Positions 32,879-43,161 are shown, counted from the stretch's first letter. The stretch is 64,000 nucleotides of DNA from Gammaproteobacteria bacterium (GCA_965243395.1 CBDEUS010000002.1:320001-384000); one strand, 5' to 3'. Notes: generated by a model not told the origin, from the sequence alone. Translations and numbers: made by a program.

Positions 32879-33574
32879 TTAGTTAGAGGGGTTACTAGGA
32901 GGCGGGGGCGGCCGAGTAGGTAATTGAGTGTTATTGCCTGGAAATGTAAAACCATTTTGATTGATACCAGAATTATCTCCACCACCATCACTTCCTTCTC
33001 CGCCACCACCATCAGATGGATTATTTTGTGAAGGTGTATTGCCTTGCAGTGCGGAATAACGCTGTAACGTAAACTTCACCGGTGCTGCACTAATCTGGGT
33101 ACTGCCATCCGCCGCAACCACTTTTACACCAATGGTATGCGTACCGCGATCAACATTTTTTAAAGCGGTTATGGTACTTGTTCCGCTGTATACCTGGTTA
33201 CCGTCAAGCGTAACGACAAATTCATGCCCGTTTCTGGTTTTTAAATTTGGAGAAACCTGAAAATTAATCGTTACATTACCCTGGTTATCGCGAACACTAG
33301 AATCATTAGCAGGTGAGGTAATAGTTAGTGCGGTATAACTATTTTTTTCTTCAATTTCGTTATTGTTTGTACTATTTCGTGGGTTCGTTGCTAGCGGTTT
33401 AGTAGGGATAAGTGTTGGCAATGTATCCACTTTAACTTCTTCGGCATTGTTACAACCATCAGGCGAATCAGTGTAGATTGTGTTTCCATCTGCATCTTTA
33501 CAAGTATAAATATCTGCATACGCACTACTCATGCTTATGGCAATAAAAATACTCGTGATTAAAAAGTATCGCAT
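32879..33574 (-). CDS. DUF4124-domain exported protein with Ig-like domain and Gly/Pro-rich tail
   Basis: Signal peptide then IYTCKDADGNTIYTDSP; ITSP...VRDNQG; typical position between glnA and ntrB. Confidence 0.8.
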   Translation of the reverse strand: MRYFLITSIFIAISMSSAYADIYTCKDADGNTIYTDSPDGCNNAEEVKVDTLPTLIPTKPLATNPRNSTNNNEIEEKNSYTALTITSPANDSSVRDNQGNVTINFQVSPNLKTRNGHEFVVTLDGNQVYSGTSTITALKNVDRGTHTIGVKVVAADGSTQISAAPVKFTLQRYSALQGNTPSQNNPSDGGGGEGSDGGGDNSGINQNGFTFPGNNTQLPTRPPPPPSNPSN

Positions 33575-33664
33575 CTTGATTTACCCACTTCCTTCCAATA
33601 ACGAAAGTACGCTAATAATACTCTCAGATTATAAATAAGACTCCGGGAATGCGTCTCAAGTTGC

Positions 33665-33708
33665 AAAAAAAACGCCCCGGAGGCTGTAACTAGCCTCGGG
33701 GCGTTTTT
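33665..33708 (-). terminator. Intrinsic terminator of glnA
   Basis: AAAAACGCCCC...GGGGCGTTTTT stem with T tracts on both strands. Confidence 0.9.
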
Positions 33709-33732
33709 ACCTAGTTAGCTATAAACAGTAAC

Positions 33733-35142
33733 TTAACAGCTGTAATACAATTCGAATTCAATTGGGTGAGTTGCCTGACGGAAGGAAGTCACTTCATCCA
33801 TCTTCAATTCGATATAACCATCAATACAATCATCAGAGAAAACCCCGCCAGCTTTCAAGAAGTCGCGGTCGTTGTCCAATGCTTCTAATGCCTGATCTAA
33901 CGAAGAGCAAACAGTAGGAATATTGGCTTCTTCTTCCGGTGGCAAATCATAGAGGTCTTTATCATTTGAAGAGCCCGGATCGATTTGATTTTGAATGCCA
34001 TCAAGACCCGCCATCATCATCGCTGCAAAGGTTAAGTATGGGTTACCTGATGGATCTCCAAAACGTACTTCAATGCGTCGTGCTTTTGGATTTGCTTCAT
34101 ATGGAATACGTATCGAAGCAGAACGGTTGCGAGCAGAGTAAGCTAGCATTACAGGTGCTTCAAACCCTGGTACTAAACGTTTGTAGCTATTTGTACTCGC
34201 ATTTGAGAAAGCATTAATTGCACGTGCATGTTTAATGATTCCACCAATGTAGTACAACGCTGTCTGAGAAAGATTTCCGTATAAATCGCCTTGGAATAAA
34301 TTATTACCATCTTTAAATAATGATTGATGCACATGCATGCCACTACCGTTATCACCAACAATAGGCTTGGGCATGAAAGTGGCTGTTTTTCCATAATTAT
34401 GTGCAACGTTATGTACAACATATTTTAAAATTTGATTCCAATCAGCGCGCTTGGTGAGTGTGTCGAACTTTGTGCCGATCTCGCACTGTCCTGCAGTACC
34501 GACCTCGTGGTGATGCACTTCAACCGTAACACCCATTTCTTCCAGCACTTGGCACATAGCCGAGCGTAAATCTTGTAAGGAATCCACTGGAGGTACTGGG
34601 AAATAACCGCCTTTAACTCCAGGGCGGTGGCCAATGTTGCCATCTTCGAAATGTTTTTGTGAGTTCCAAGCAGACTCATCTGAGTCCGTTTTGTAAAATG
34701 CGCCTGACATGTCATTGCTCCATTTCACATCATCAAACACAAAAAACTCAGGCTCTGGTCCAAAGTAGGCCGTATCAGCTACGCCAGTAGAAGTAAGATA
34801 AGCCTCCGCTCGTTTAGCAACAGAGCGTGGGTCTCTTCCATAACCTTCCATAGTAGAGGGCTCTAAAATATCGCAACGTAGAATTAGGGTTGAGTCGGCA
34901 AAGAAAGGGTCTATTACTGCACTCTCAGCATCAGGCATTAATATCATGTCTGATTCATTAATTCCTTTCCAACCGGCTATAGAAGAGCCGTCAAACATTT
35001 TACCTTTTTCGAAAATATCTTCTTCAACTACTGAAGCTGGCACAGATACATGCTGCTCTTTTCCTCTTGTATCAGTAAATCGAAAGTCAACGAATCTCAC
35101 ATCGTTTTCACTCATCATTTTCATTACATCACTTGCAGACAT
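33733..35142 (-). CDS. glnA: Glutamine synthetase type I
   Basis: [35 protein letters not shown], adenylylation site DLYDLP. Confidence 0.99.
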   Translation of the reverse strand: MSASDVMKMMSENDVRFVDFRFTDTRGKEQHVSVPASVVEEDIFEKGKMFDGSSIAGWKGINESDMILMPDAESAVIDPFFADSTLILRCDILEPSTMEGYGRDPRSVAKRAEAYLTSTGVADTAYFGPEPEFFVFDDVKWSNDMSGAFYKTDSDESAWNSQKHFEDGNIGHRPGVKGGYFPVPPVDSLQDLRSAMCQVLEEMGVTVEVHHHEVGTAGQCEIGTKFDTLTKRADWNQILKYVVHNVAHNYGKTATFMPKPIVGDNGSGMHVHQSLFKDGNNLFQGDLYGNLSQTALYYIGGIIKHARAINAFSNASTNSYKRLVPGFEAPVMLAYSARNRSASIRIPYEANPKARRIEVRFGDPSGNPYLTFAAMMMAGLDGIQNQIDPGSSNDKDLYDLPPEEEANIPTVCSSLDQALEALDNDRDFLKAGGVFSDDCIDGYIELKMDEVTSFRQATHPIEFELYYSC

Positions 35143-35250
35143 TGGACTTCTCCTTAGCTTCGACTCTTACGTTTTTAATGTGTAATTCTTACGGTGTTAT
35201 TCTTATGGTTGCGACTAGTTGCTAGTCACATTCATATCTAGATCTACTAA

Positions 35251-35266
35251 AGCACAATTTGTGCCA
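35251..35266 (-). promoter_or_regulatory. sigma54 promoter of glnA (glnAp2-like)
   Basis: Minus strand TGGCACAAATTGTGCT, GG-N10-GC. Confidence 0.85.
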
Positions 35267-35352
35267 TTGCACTCAATTGAGGCCAGTAGCTATGCAATTG
35301 CGGCATTATACGCAGCTTTTTTAAAAGATGTGAGGCGAGCAAAGCTTTTTTA

Positions 35353-35390
35353 TGCACTAATACAGTGCTTTAGAGCACCAAGATGGTGCT
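35353..35390. promoter_or_regulatory. Tandem NtrC enhancer sites
   Basis: TGCACTAATACAGTGCT (35353-35369) and AGCACCAAGATGGTGCT (35374-35390), about 90-125 bp upstream of the glnA sigma54 site. Confidence 0.85.
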
Positions 35391-35633
35391 CAAATTATAT
35401 TAATGATTATTGTGGAAAGGGCTGAACAAAAATTTATCTAGCTTTAGCAAATTTCACAGACCCATCTAATTTCATTAGTAACACCATGGTTTAACCGCTA
35501 TTAAGACAATCTGCTATACACATCTCATTCTGCCGAGATTTGTCACCAACAGTCCAAAATTGCAGACAAATTTTGTCCAATCGCCCATTTTGAAGTATTC
35601 GTAAATCCATCTTTTTTTATGTAACTGACATGC

Positions 35634-35646
35634 CATCAATGAGTTA
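35634..35646. promoter_or_regulatory. Probable IHF site
   Basis: CATCAATGAGTTA versus consensus WATCAANNNNTTR, about 30 bp upstream of a sigma54 promoter. Confidence 0.55.
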
Positions 35647-35674
35647 TTGCATACGCTTTATGTGATGAGCGATC

Positions 35675-35690
35675 TGGCACAACGCTTGCT
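35675..35690 (+). promoter_or_regulatory. sigma54 promoter of the microprotein/sRNA transcript
   Basis: TGGCACAACGCTTGCT is a perfect TGGCAC-N5-TTGC; predicted TSS about 35701. Confidence 0.85.
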
Positions 35691-35751
35691 CTATTGATAT
35701 TAGAAAATTTGAATGGCTCAAGGTGAGCTGAGTAAAGATGGCATGGAGGTC

Positions 35752-35883
35752 ATGATGGACGTATCAACTGATGTATTAACAACTGTGTATGTCGTGTGGA
35801 TCGTCGCAAGTTTGGCAGCGTTAGCTTGGGCATACCGAGACACTGTTAAAGAAAAATTGTGTGGCGATAAGCGACACAATTAA
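35752..35883 (+). CDS. 43-aa single-TM microprotein (unannotated)
   Basis: GGAGG Shine-Dalgarno immediately upstream; MMDVSTDVLTTVYVVWIVASLAALAWAYRDTVKEKLCGDKRHN has a hydrophobic helix followed by a basic tail. Confidence 0.65.
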   Translation: MMDVSTDVLTTVYVVWIVASLAALAWAYRDTVKEKLCGDKRHN

Positions 35884-36188
35884 AAGCGGGACGGATTCAT
35901 TTTTTAAGCAAGGATGCTTTTACACATACGGAAATGTGTGCAATGAACTGTAGAGTGGTGCGAGGCGGATAACAATTCGCACAGTAAGGAACACTTAAGA
36001 CAAGGACTGTCGCCTCTACAATTTAAATATATGTTGTCACTCAGGATGAGTACAACAAGCAAGGACGCAAAACTAGATAGCTCATCAGGAGAGTTTTATC
36101 TAAACCGACTTAGGGAAGAGGGCTGCGTGACATGGATGTCTTTTTCGCAGCACCAATATAAAGGCAAGCTAACTAGCTTGCCTTTTTT
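35884..36188 (+). ncRNA. CsrB/RsmZ-like CsrA-sequestering RNA (whole transcript probably about 35701-36188)
   Basis: About 12 GGA motifs, most in hairpin loops (AAGC-AAGGAT-GCTT, CACAT-ACGGAA-ATGTG, GAC-AAGGACT-GTC, ACTC-AGGAT-GAGT, GAC-ATGGAT-GTC), ending in a terminator. Confidence 0.82.
36160..36188 (+). terminator. Intrinsic terminator of the GGA-rich RNA
   Basis: AAAGGCAAGCT-AACT-AGCTTGCCTTTTTT. Confidence 0.9.
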
Positions 36189-36281
36189 ATTGCGCAATAA
36201 TTTACCAGGAAATACTGGTCATTTGCTGGTAGCCAAAGCGGTGCCTCGTTATACTCATGCGGCAACCGTTCCAGCAGTATC

Positions 36282-37193
36282 ATGTCAGACACCCAAACTA
36301 ATAAACGTCTAATTACCTTTCAACAACTCATTCACAAACTAGAGCAGTTTTGGGCTGCGCAAGGCTGTGTGATCGAGCAGCCTTATGACTTAGAAATGGG
36401 GGCCGCAACTTTTCATCCCAGTACTTTTTTGCGTGCCATCGGTCCTGAAACGTGGAAATCGGCCTATCCACAGGCATGTCGTCGCCCAACAGATGGACGA
36501 TATGGCGATAACCCTAATCGTTTACAACGTTATTTTCAGTTTCAAGTTGTATTGAAACCCTCGCCCGACAATATTCAAGACTTATATATAGAGTCACTCA
36601 CTTCACTCGATATTGATCCATTGATTCATGATATTCGATTTGTAGAAGATAATTGGGAATCGCCAACTCTTGGTGCTTGGGGTTTAGGCTGGGAAGTCTG
36701 GTTAGATGGAATGGAAATTTCACAGTTTACTTATTTTCAGCAAATAGGCGGCTTAGATTGCAAGCCGGTTACCGGCGAAATTACCTATGGTTTAGAACGT
36801 ATCGCAATGTATTTGCAAAATGTCGATAGTGTGTACGATTTAGTTTGGACACAACATGGGAGTCAAAAAACTTATTATCGTGATGTATATCATCAAAATG
36901 AAGTTGAGCAATCTGCCTATAATTTTGAATATGCAGACACGGATACTTTATTTAAATCATTCAATGCAAGTGAAAAAGAGTGTCAAAAGCTAATAGACCA
37001 CGAAATTCCAGTAGCTGCGTATGACCATGTGCTTAAGTGTTCACATACGTTTAATTTACTCGATGCACGACAGGTTATTTCGGTAACCGAGCGTCAACAA
37101 TATATTTTACGCATTCGCAAACTCGCACAAAGTGTTTCCAATAGCTATTTTGAAAGCCGTGAAAAATTAGGCTTTCCTCTATTCAGCGATTAA
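36282..37193 (+). CDS. glyQ: Glycine--tRNA ligase alpha subunit
   Basis: [39 protein letters not shown]. Confidence 0.98.
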   Translation: MSDTQTNKRLITFQQLIHKLEQFWAAQGCVIEQPYDLEMGAATFHPSTFLRAIGPETWKSAYPQACRRPTDGRYGDNPNRLQRYFQFQVVLKPSPDNIQDLYIESLTSLDIDPLIHDIRFVEDNWESPTLGAWGLGWEVWLDGMEISQFTYFQQIGGLDCKPVTGEITYGLERIAMYLQNVDSVYDLVWTQHGSQKTYYRDVYHQNEVEQSAYNFEYADTDTLFKSFNASEKECQKLIDHEIPVAAYDHVLKCSHTFNLLDARQVISVTERQQYILRIRKLAQSVSNSYFESREKLGFPLFSD

Positions 37194-37208
37194 AGCTATT
37201 TAAAGCAC

Positions 37209-39284
37209 ATGAGTACAAAAGAAGATTTATTGATTGAGATTGGTACAGAGGATTTACCTGCGCGTCTTCAATTAGGCCTATGCGATGAGTTTGGTCAATT
37301 AATCTGTAATCAATTGCAAACTGTAGACTTGTCATTCGAACAGCATGAATTGTTTTGCACCCCGCGTCGCTTGGCAATCATCGTAAACAAGCTAGACACC
37401 AAACAAAAAGATCAAGAAATCGAACGCAAAGGCCCAAAGGCACAAGCTGCTTTTGATAAAGAAGGCAAACCTACTCAAGCGGCTATAGGTTTTGCGCGTT
37501 CTTGTGGAATAGAAGCTGATCAACTTAAACTGGATAATGATCCAAACAATCCAAGATTGTTTTATCGTGAAAATCGCATTGGTAAAAGTATCCAGGAATT
37601 ATTACCAGCGATAATTGAGTCTTCGATTAAAAAACTTAATGTTCCAAAAAGAATGCGTTGGAATGAATCCGAGGCTGAGTTTATTCGCCCGATTCGTTGG
37701 TTGTTGGTTATATTAGGTTCTGAAACGGTCAACTCGAATGTGTTCGGTATTCAAGCCAGTAACACAACACGTGGACATCGTTTTCACCATGCACAGGAAA
37801 TTGTGATTAAACACCCTTCTGAGTATAAAGAATTATTGAGTAGCAAAGGCCATGTTTTAGCAAGTATTGAAGAAAGGCAAAATAATATTATTAAACAAGT
37901 GAACAAGCTTGCAGATCAAGTAAAGGGCAAACCTTATTACACCCAAGAGTTACTCGATGAAATTACAGGATTAGTAGAATGGCCTTGCGCGATGTTAGGT
38001 GAATTTGATAGCAAATTTTTAGAAGTACATAAGGAATTGCTTATCAGCACTATGCAAGACAATCAAAAATATATTCCGTTGCTTAGTCAAGAAAGCAAAC
38101 TGCTTTCTAAATTCATTATTGTCAGTAATATTGACAGCCAGAAACCAGAGACCATCAAGCACGGTAACGAAAAAGTAATCGTGCCCAGGTTTGAAGATGC
38201 TATGTTTTTCTGGCAACGAGACAAAGCAGTCCCGTTAGAGAATCACTTAACAAAATTAGAAAGCGTTGTTTATGAAAAACAGCTTGGCACACTTAAAGAA
38301 AAAACGAATCGCATTGCAAAACTCGCTGCTTACTTATCTAAATTTACTAATGCGGATAATAAACAGAGTCAACGTGCAGCAACTTTAAGTAAATGTGATT
38401 TACTAACTGAGACGGTTGGTGAGTTTCCTAAATTGCAGGGTGTAATTGGTCGCAACCTGGCCATGTTGAACAATGAGGGCTCACAAGTGAGTGCTGCGCT
38501 TGAAGAGCAATATTTTCCTAAGCAGGCTGGTGGTGAGCTGCCCAAATCTGCAGTGGGGATCACCTTAGCGTTGGCAGATCGAATCGATACCTTAATCGGA
38601 ATATTTGCTATTGGTAAAAAGCCCACTGGTTTAAAGGATCCTTATGGTTTACGGCGTGCATCATTAGCACTACTACGCATTATTATTGAGACTCCGCTAA
38701 ATATAAATTTACGCGAGAGTTTAGAAACTGCTGCAGCGCTTTTCCCAGATAACTTACAAGCTGATAAAACCGTGGATGAAGTTAGTGAATATATTAATGA
38801 GCGCTATCGTGCCTATTTTTCAGATCGTGGTATACCTGTAGATGTCATCGATTCTGTATTAGCTAATAAACCAACTCATCCAAGTGATGTAGCTGCAAAA
38901 GTGAATGCACTGGTTAACTTCCGCAAACTTCCAAATGCACAAGCGCTGGCTGTTGCGAACAAGCGTATTCGTAATATTTTAAAGAAAATTGATCACAGTA
39001 ATATCAACCAAGTTGACGCATCACTATTTAAAGAGGAAGCTGAAAATAGCTTGCATACAGCAATTGAAAAAATGTCCAGCGATGTTGAAGGCTTATTCGC
39101 TAAACATGAATATGAACAAGCATTAAATAAATTAGCCGATTTGCGTCAACCAGTGGATCATTTTTTCGATGATGTAATGGTAATGGACAAAGATGAAGCA
39201 CTCAAAACAAATCGAATTGCTTTGCTTGCCAAGATCGATTCACTGTTTATGCAAGTAGCAGACTTTTCCAGACTGCAGTCCTGA
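37209..39284 (+). CDS. glyS: Glycine--tRNA ligase beta subunit
   Basis: LIEIGTEDLP, TPRRLA, EFPKLQG, KDPYGLRR, FFDDVMVM. Confidence 0.98.
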   Translation: MSTKEDLLIEIGTEDLPARLQLGLCDEFGQLICNQLQTVDLSFEQHELFCTPRRLAIIVNKLDTKQKDQEIERKGPKAQAAFDKEGKPTQAAIGFARSCGIEADQLKLDNDPNNPRLFYRENRIGKSIQELLPAIIESSIKKLNVPKRMRWNESEAEFIRPIRWLLVILGSETVNSNVFGIQASNTTRGHRFHHAQEIVIKHPSEYKELLSSKGHVLASIEERQNNIIKQVNKLADQVKGKPYYTQELLDEITGLVEWPCAMLGEFDSKFLEVHKELLISTMQDNQKYIPLLSQESKLLSKFIIVSNIDSQKPETIKHGNEKVIVPRFEDAMFFWQRDKAVPLENHLTKLESVVYEKQLGTLKEKTNRIAKLAAYLSKFTNADNKQSQRAATLSKCDLLTETVGEFPKLQGVIGRNLAMLNNEGSQVSAALEEQYFPKQAGGELPKSAVGITLALADRIDTLIGIFAIGKKPTGLKDPYGLRRASLALLRIIIETPLNINLRESLETAAALFPDNLQADKTVDEVSEYINERYRAYFSDRGIPVDVIDSVLANKPTHPSDVAAKVNALVNFRKLPNAQALAVANKRIRNILKKIDHSNINQVDASLFKEEAENSLHTAIEKMSSDVEGLFAKHEYEQALNKLADLRQPVDHFFDDVMVMDKDEALKTNRIALLAKIDSLFMQVADFSRLQS

Positions 39285-39296
39285 GGTTTAAAAGTT

Positions 39297-39833
39297 ATGA
39301 CTGAAATAAAAGCGGTAGTTTTAGATCGAGACGGTGTCATTAATGAAGAGTCAGATGAATTCATTAAGTCACCAGAGGAGTGGATTGCAATTGATGGCAG
39401 TCTTAAGGCCATTGCAAAATTAAATCATGCAAAAGTAAAAGTGTTTGTAGCATCGAATCAATCTGGAATTGCACGGGAATTATTTGATTACAGCATGCTA
39501 AATCAAATACATCAGAAAATGCTTGCTGAACTTGCACAACATGGTGGACATTTAGATGGCATATTTATTTGTCCGGATCTGGAAGGTGAATGTCGCAAAC
39601 CAAAAACAGGCATGTTAGTAGAAATTGAAAAACGCGCGCATATATCACTACAAAAAGCACCTTTCATTGGAGATTCGCTCCGTGATGTGCAAGCGGCGAT
39701 CACGCATGGATCACAACCCATTTTAGTGCGCACTGGCAATGGTTCTGTCACTGCTCAAAGCGAACAACTACCACGCAATATTCCTATTTACGATGATCTC
39801 TCTGATGCTGTAGATACACTACTCGCTGAGTAA
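39297..39833 (+). CDS. gmhB: D-glycero-D-manno-heptose 1,7-bisphosphate phosphatase
   Basis: LDRDGVIN, NQSGI, CRKP, IGDS.RD. Confidence 0.92.
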   Translation: MTEIKAVVLDRDGVINEESDEFIKSPEEWIAIDGSLKAIAKLNHAKVKVFVASNQSGIARELFDYSMLNQIHQKMLAELAQHGGHLDGIFICPDLEGECRKPKTGMLVEIEKRAHISLQKAPFIGDSLRDVQAAITHGSQPILVRTGNGSVTAQSEQLPRNIPIYDDLSDAVDTLLAE

Positions 39834-39847
39834 AACTTAGTTTTTCA

Positions 39848-40561
39848 ATGCTGCAAACTTTTAGGTCTCTGCTATTTTTGTTGGGTATGGCAATACTCAC
39901 TTTAATATTTGGCGTTCTATGTTTATTTACAGTTTTCATTCCATACAAACTTCGATATCGTTTTATTACCTATTGGAGTGCTTACAATCTTTGGTGGTTA
40001 CGAGTCACATGCGGGTTACACTACACCATCACGGGTGAAGAAAATATTCCTGATTACCCATGTATCGTAATGTCTAATCATCAATCCACGTGGGAAACTC
40101 TGGTACTTGGAATTATTTTTCCACCTTTAACATGGGTAGTTAAAAGAGAATTATTCTTTGTTCCTATATTTGGTTGGGGTCTGGCATTAACACATCCTAT
40201 TGCTCTAAATAGAAATGCGGGCCGCAAAGCAGTAGATCAACTTGTTGAGCAAGGTATAAAAAAAATCAACAACGGACATTGGATATTAATCTTTCCTGAA
40301 GGAACGCGTACACCGCCCAACACGAAGCGTAAATTTAAAATTGGTGGGGCACTATTAGCTGAAAAGAGCGGTGCACCTATTATTCCCGTAGCACACAATT
40401 CGGGAAATTTCTGGGCACGCAAACAGTTCACTAAAAAACCTGGCACTATTCAAATGATGATAGGTGAACCCATAAAAACACAGGGAAAATCTGCTGAGCA
40501 AATCAATCAGCAAGTATATGACTGGATTTGTGCCCAACGAGAAACCATTGAGAACAAGTAA
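39848..40561 (+). CDS. plsC: 1-acyl-sn-glycerol-3-phosphate acyltransferase
   Basis: NHQSTWE and FPEGTR motifs; glyQS-gmhB-plsC synteny. Confidence 0.9.
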   Translation: MLQTFRSLLFLLGMAILTLIFGVLCLFTVFIPYKLRYRFITYWSAYNLWWLRVTCGLHYTITGEENIPDYPCIVMSNHQSTWETLVLGIIFPPLTWVVKRELFFVPIFGWGLALTHPIALNRNAGRKAVDQLVEQGIKKINNGHWILIFPEGTRTPPNTKRKFKIGGALLAEKSGAPIIPVAHNSGNFWARKQFTKKPGTIQMMIGEPIKTQGKSAEQINQQVYDWICAQRETIENK

Positions 40562-40593
40562 CTATGATAATTTTTAGTTTGCCAAGTATGTTC

Positions 40594-40995
40594 TTATAAC
40601 TTATCTGTATAAACTGAAAAGTATTCTCTCGTAGCTTTAATTGAAAGAAATAAAACTGCTAACACTGCGATAAATATATAAAGCAAACAAAAATATTCAA
40701 TCGTTCCAATATTTTTAATTTGAGTATTTGGATTGTATTGATAGAGAAAAAGCCACATCAAGCAACCAATGCTTGAAACCACTAAAACAAGATATGCGCC
40801 TATACGTGCAACCGCATGTCTTTTAATCAACCCAAGGGCAATTAAAACGATGATTGCGCCAATAAAAATAGAAGTGAACCCACTTAGTGAATAAATGGCT
40901 ATGTAGCCATAAAAAATACTCGCCAAACCTGTCAAGGCACATAGTATTGCAGTGAACCACACACCTATACGAATAAAAGATTCACTCATGGGCAC
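40594..40995 (-). CDS. Hypothetical membrane protein (about 4 TM)
   Basis: Four hydrophobic segments; overlaps the tas stop codon. Confidence 0.7.
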   Translation of the reverse strand: MPMSESFIRIGVWFTAILCALTGLASIFYGYIAIYSLSGFTSIFIGAIIVLIALGLIKRHAVARIGAYLVLVVSSIGCLMWLFLYQYNPNTQIKNIGTIEYFCLLYIFIAVLAVLFLSIKATREYFSVYTDKL

Positions 40996-42047
40996 GGATT
41001 GGGTTGTTGTTGATGGATTTGTTCAATTTTGTTAAGCACATTTTCATTAAGTTCTATGTTGATACTTTGAATATTTTCTTTTAATTGTTGCATAGTGGTA
41101 GCACCAATAATATTTGACGTAACAAAAGGACGCGTATTTACAAATGCTAATGCCATTTGACTGGGTGAGTAATCATATTCTTGAGCAAGGTTTACATATG
41201 CTTCAGTTGCGCACTTACCTTCTGAATTTGTATAACGCGTGAAACGTTCAAACAAAGTAATTCGTGCGTTTGCTGGACTTGCATTAATATATTTACCACT
41301 TAGAACGCCAAATCCTAAAGGTGAATAAGCGAGTAAACCCATAGATTCTCGATGGGATACTTCAGCTAATCCAATTTCATAACTTCGGTTCAATAAATTA
41401 TATGGATTTTGGATGCTCACTATTTCTGGCCAGGTATTTTTTTGGGCAAACAACTGATATTGCATTGCACCCCAAGGGGTTTCATTACTAATTCCCAAAT
41501 AACGCACTTTTCCTTGCTCCACTGCATTGACTAAACATGCATACGCATCCTCCATTTCTGTCAAGGTTGCAGAATTTTCCGATTCATTATGCTGATACCC
41601 TAAAGACCCAAAATAATTGGTATTTCTAGCCGGCCAATGAATTTGATATAAATCTATGTAGTCTGTTTGTAGGCGCTTGAGGCTTTCGTGTAAGGCAGCA
41701 TTGATTTGTGTGGGAATTAATTTTGCACCGCCACGTAAATAAGTCATCATGCCGGGCCCCGCAACCTTAGTCGCTAAAATGATTTCGTCACGTTTACCTG
41801 TTTTTTTCAGCCAACTGCCAATGTATTGTTCGGTTTTACCCTGAGTTTCCTGTTTTGGAGGTACAGGATACATTTCTGCAGTGTCAATAAAATTCACTCC
41901 TTGTGAAATCGCATAATCCATTTGTTCATGCGCCTCAGCTTCGGTGTTTTGTTCCCCATAGGTCATGGTTCCAAGACAAATCTTGCTGACACGTAGTCCC
42001 GTATTACCTAATTCACTAAATTGCATTTCGAAATATTTATTAAACAA
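40986..42047 (-). CDS. tas: NADP(H)-dependent aldo-keto reductase (Tas family)
   Basis: LGTMTYGEQN, DTAEMYPVPP, DLYQIHWP, SNETPWG, SIQNPYNLLNR. Confidence 0.92.
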   Translation of the reverse strand: MFNKYFEMQFSELGNTGLRVSKICLGTMTYGEQNTEAEAHEQMDYAISQGVNFIDTAEMYPVPPKQETQGKTEQYIGSWLKKTGKRDEIILATKVAGPGMMTYLRGGAKLIPTQINAALHESLKRLQTDYIDLYQIHWPARNTNYFGSLGYQHNESENSATLTEMEDAYACLVNAVEQGKVRYLGISNETPWGAMQYQLFAQKNTWPEIVSIQNPYNLLNRSYEIGLAEVSHRESMGLLAYSPLGFGVLSGKYINASPANARITLFERFTRYTNSEGKCATEAYVNLAQEYDYSPSQMALAFVNTRPFVTSNIIGATTMQQLKENIQSINIELNENVLNKIEQIHQQQPNPCP

Positions 42048-43161
42048 ACAAAATTAAAACACCTGTGTAGCCATATAAACGGTTATTAAATATTTCGCCA
42101 TTTGCAAAAAACCCGACCAAAGGAAAATCACCTATTTCATCCTGAATCATTTTCAATTCTTCAGAATTATCGCCAAACTGGTAACGACCTCGCCCAAGGC
42201 ATGTATAGTAAAGACCGCCACGCGGCTGACCTTGGATACGAGATTTCATGGTACCTAACATTCTCAACATATCATCACGAGCACTGTTTCCATCTCGTCT
42301 GCAAAACATAAATTTACTTCCTTCATATAAATAGTCCCCAACTGCGATGATTTTTTCTTGTTCATCTATGCCGATAATATTTCTTACTAAATAATCTCCA
42401 GTATCTGAAAACTCAATGGGTAAACCAGCGAAAATATAACCGGCAATCTTGTTTAAATCTTTGGCAAGAACTTCACCTACATCATCCCGCAATACATCCA
42501 AAGCTGGTTGATTATCCAATTCAATTAGTAAATTTCGCTCAGCTTTAGTAATAACGTGCTGTTCATCAAGCGGAGTGCAGCCTTGAGTGTGGCCGATTAC
42601 AGTTTTAACTTCAGGAGAAAAGAATATCCCCGATACGCTACCTTGAACAATTTCGTTTGCAACTTGATAGTTTTCAGAATTTGATGAAGTCAATCCTCCA
42701 ACTAAATAAGCAGAGGGTACCGTTTCAGAAATTTTTTCAATAATAGTTGGGGTTGCAGGATTACTCGGATCTCCATGAATAATTCCTACATGAGGCAGGT
42801 CTTGCTTACAGTAGCTAGATACGTCTTCCAATAACTTTTCTGCGTCACCGTTATTAGCGCCAACAATTGAAAACTGTTGCGCATCAATATCCATTAACAT
42901 TACAACTAAGGTTGGTTGGTCATAAAACTCTGCACCGGTACTACACACTCCTATGCCTAGTGTACCTAACCAGTTATCTACACCAGTTTCTTGCTTAAGT
43001 CGGCCTATAATATTTTTCAAATCCTCAGCTAAAGAATCACTTGCGTAAACAAACCCCAGTTGATATTTGCTACGTACATTTCCCAATTGTTGTAGGCAAT
43101 CATTTACTAATTTGCGTGAATTAGTTCCAGACGCGACACCTATTTGAAAAGCTTCTGACAT
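42040..43161 (-). CDS. FIST N/C-domain signal transduction protein
   Basis: TQGCTP, YLVRNIIGID, CLGRG, VGFFANGEI. Confidence 0.9.
   Translation of the reverse strand: MSEAFQIGVASGTNSRKLVNDCLQQLGNVRSKYQLGFVYASDSLAEDLKNIIGRLKQETGVDNWLGTLGIGVCSTGAEFYDQPTLVVMLMDIDAQQFSIVGANNGDAEKLLEDVSSYCKQDLPHVGIIHGDPSNPATPTIIEKISETVPSAYLVGGLTSSNSENYQVANEIVQGSVSGIFFSPEVKTVIGHTQGCTPLDEQHVITKAERNLLIELDNQPALDVLRDDVGEVLAKDLNKIAGYIFAGLPIEFSDTGDYLVRNIIGIDEQEKIIAVGDYLYEGSKFMFCRRDGNSARDDMLRMLGTMKSRIQGQPRGGLYYTCLGRGRYQFGDNSEELKMIQDEIGDFPLVGFFANGEIFNNRLYGYTGVLILFV

Noticed and set aside
35219-35425. 68-aa ORF upstream of glnA
   Set aside because: TTG start, overlaps the sigma54 and NtrC sites, no coding features
35884-36150. 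Repeated AAGGA units as a CRISPR or REP array
   Set aside because: Only the loop motif repeats; the stems differ, spacing is irregular and there are no cas genes
36031-36312. 93-aa ORF overlapping the glyQ start
   Set aside because: It runs through the GGA hairpins and the terminator and has no SD or recognisable protein features; better explained as ncRNA
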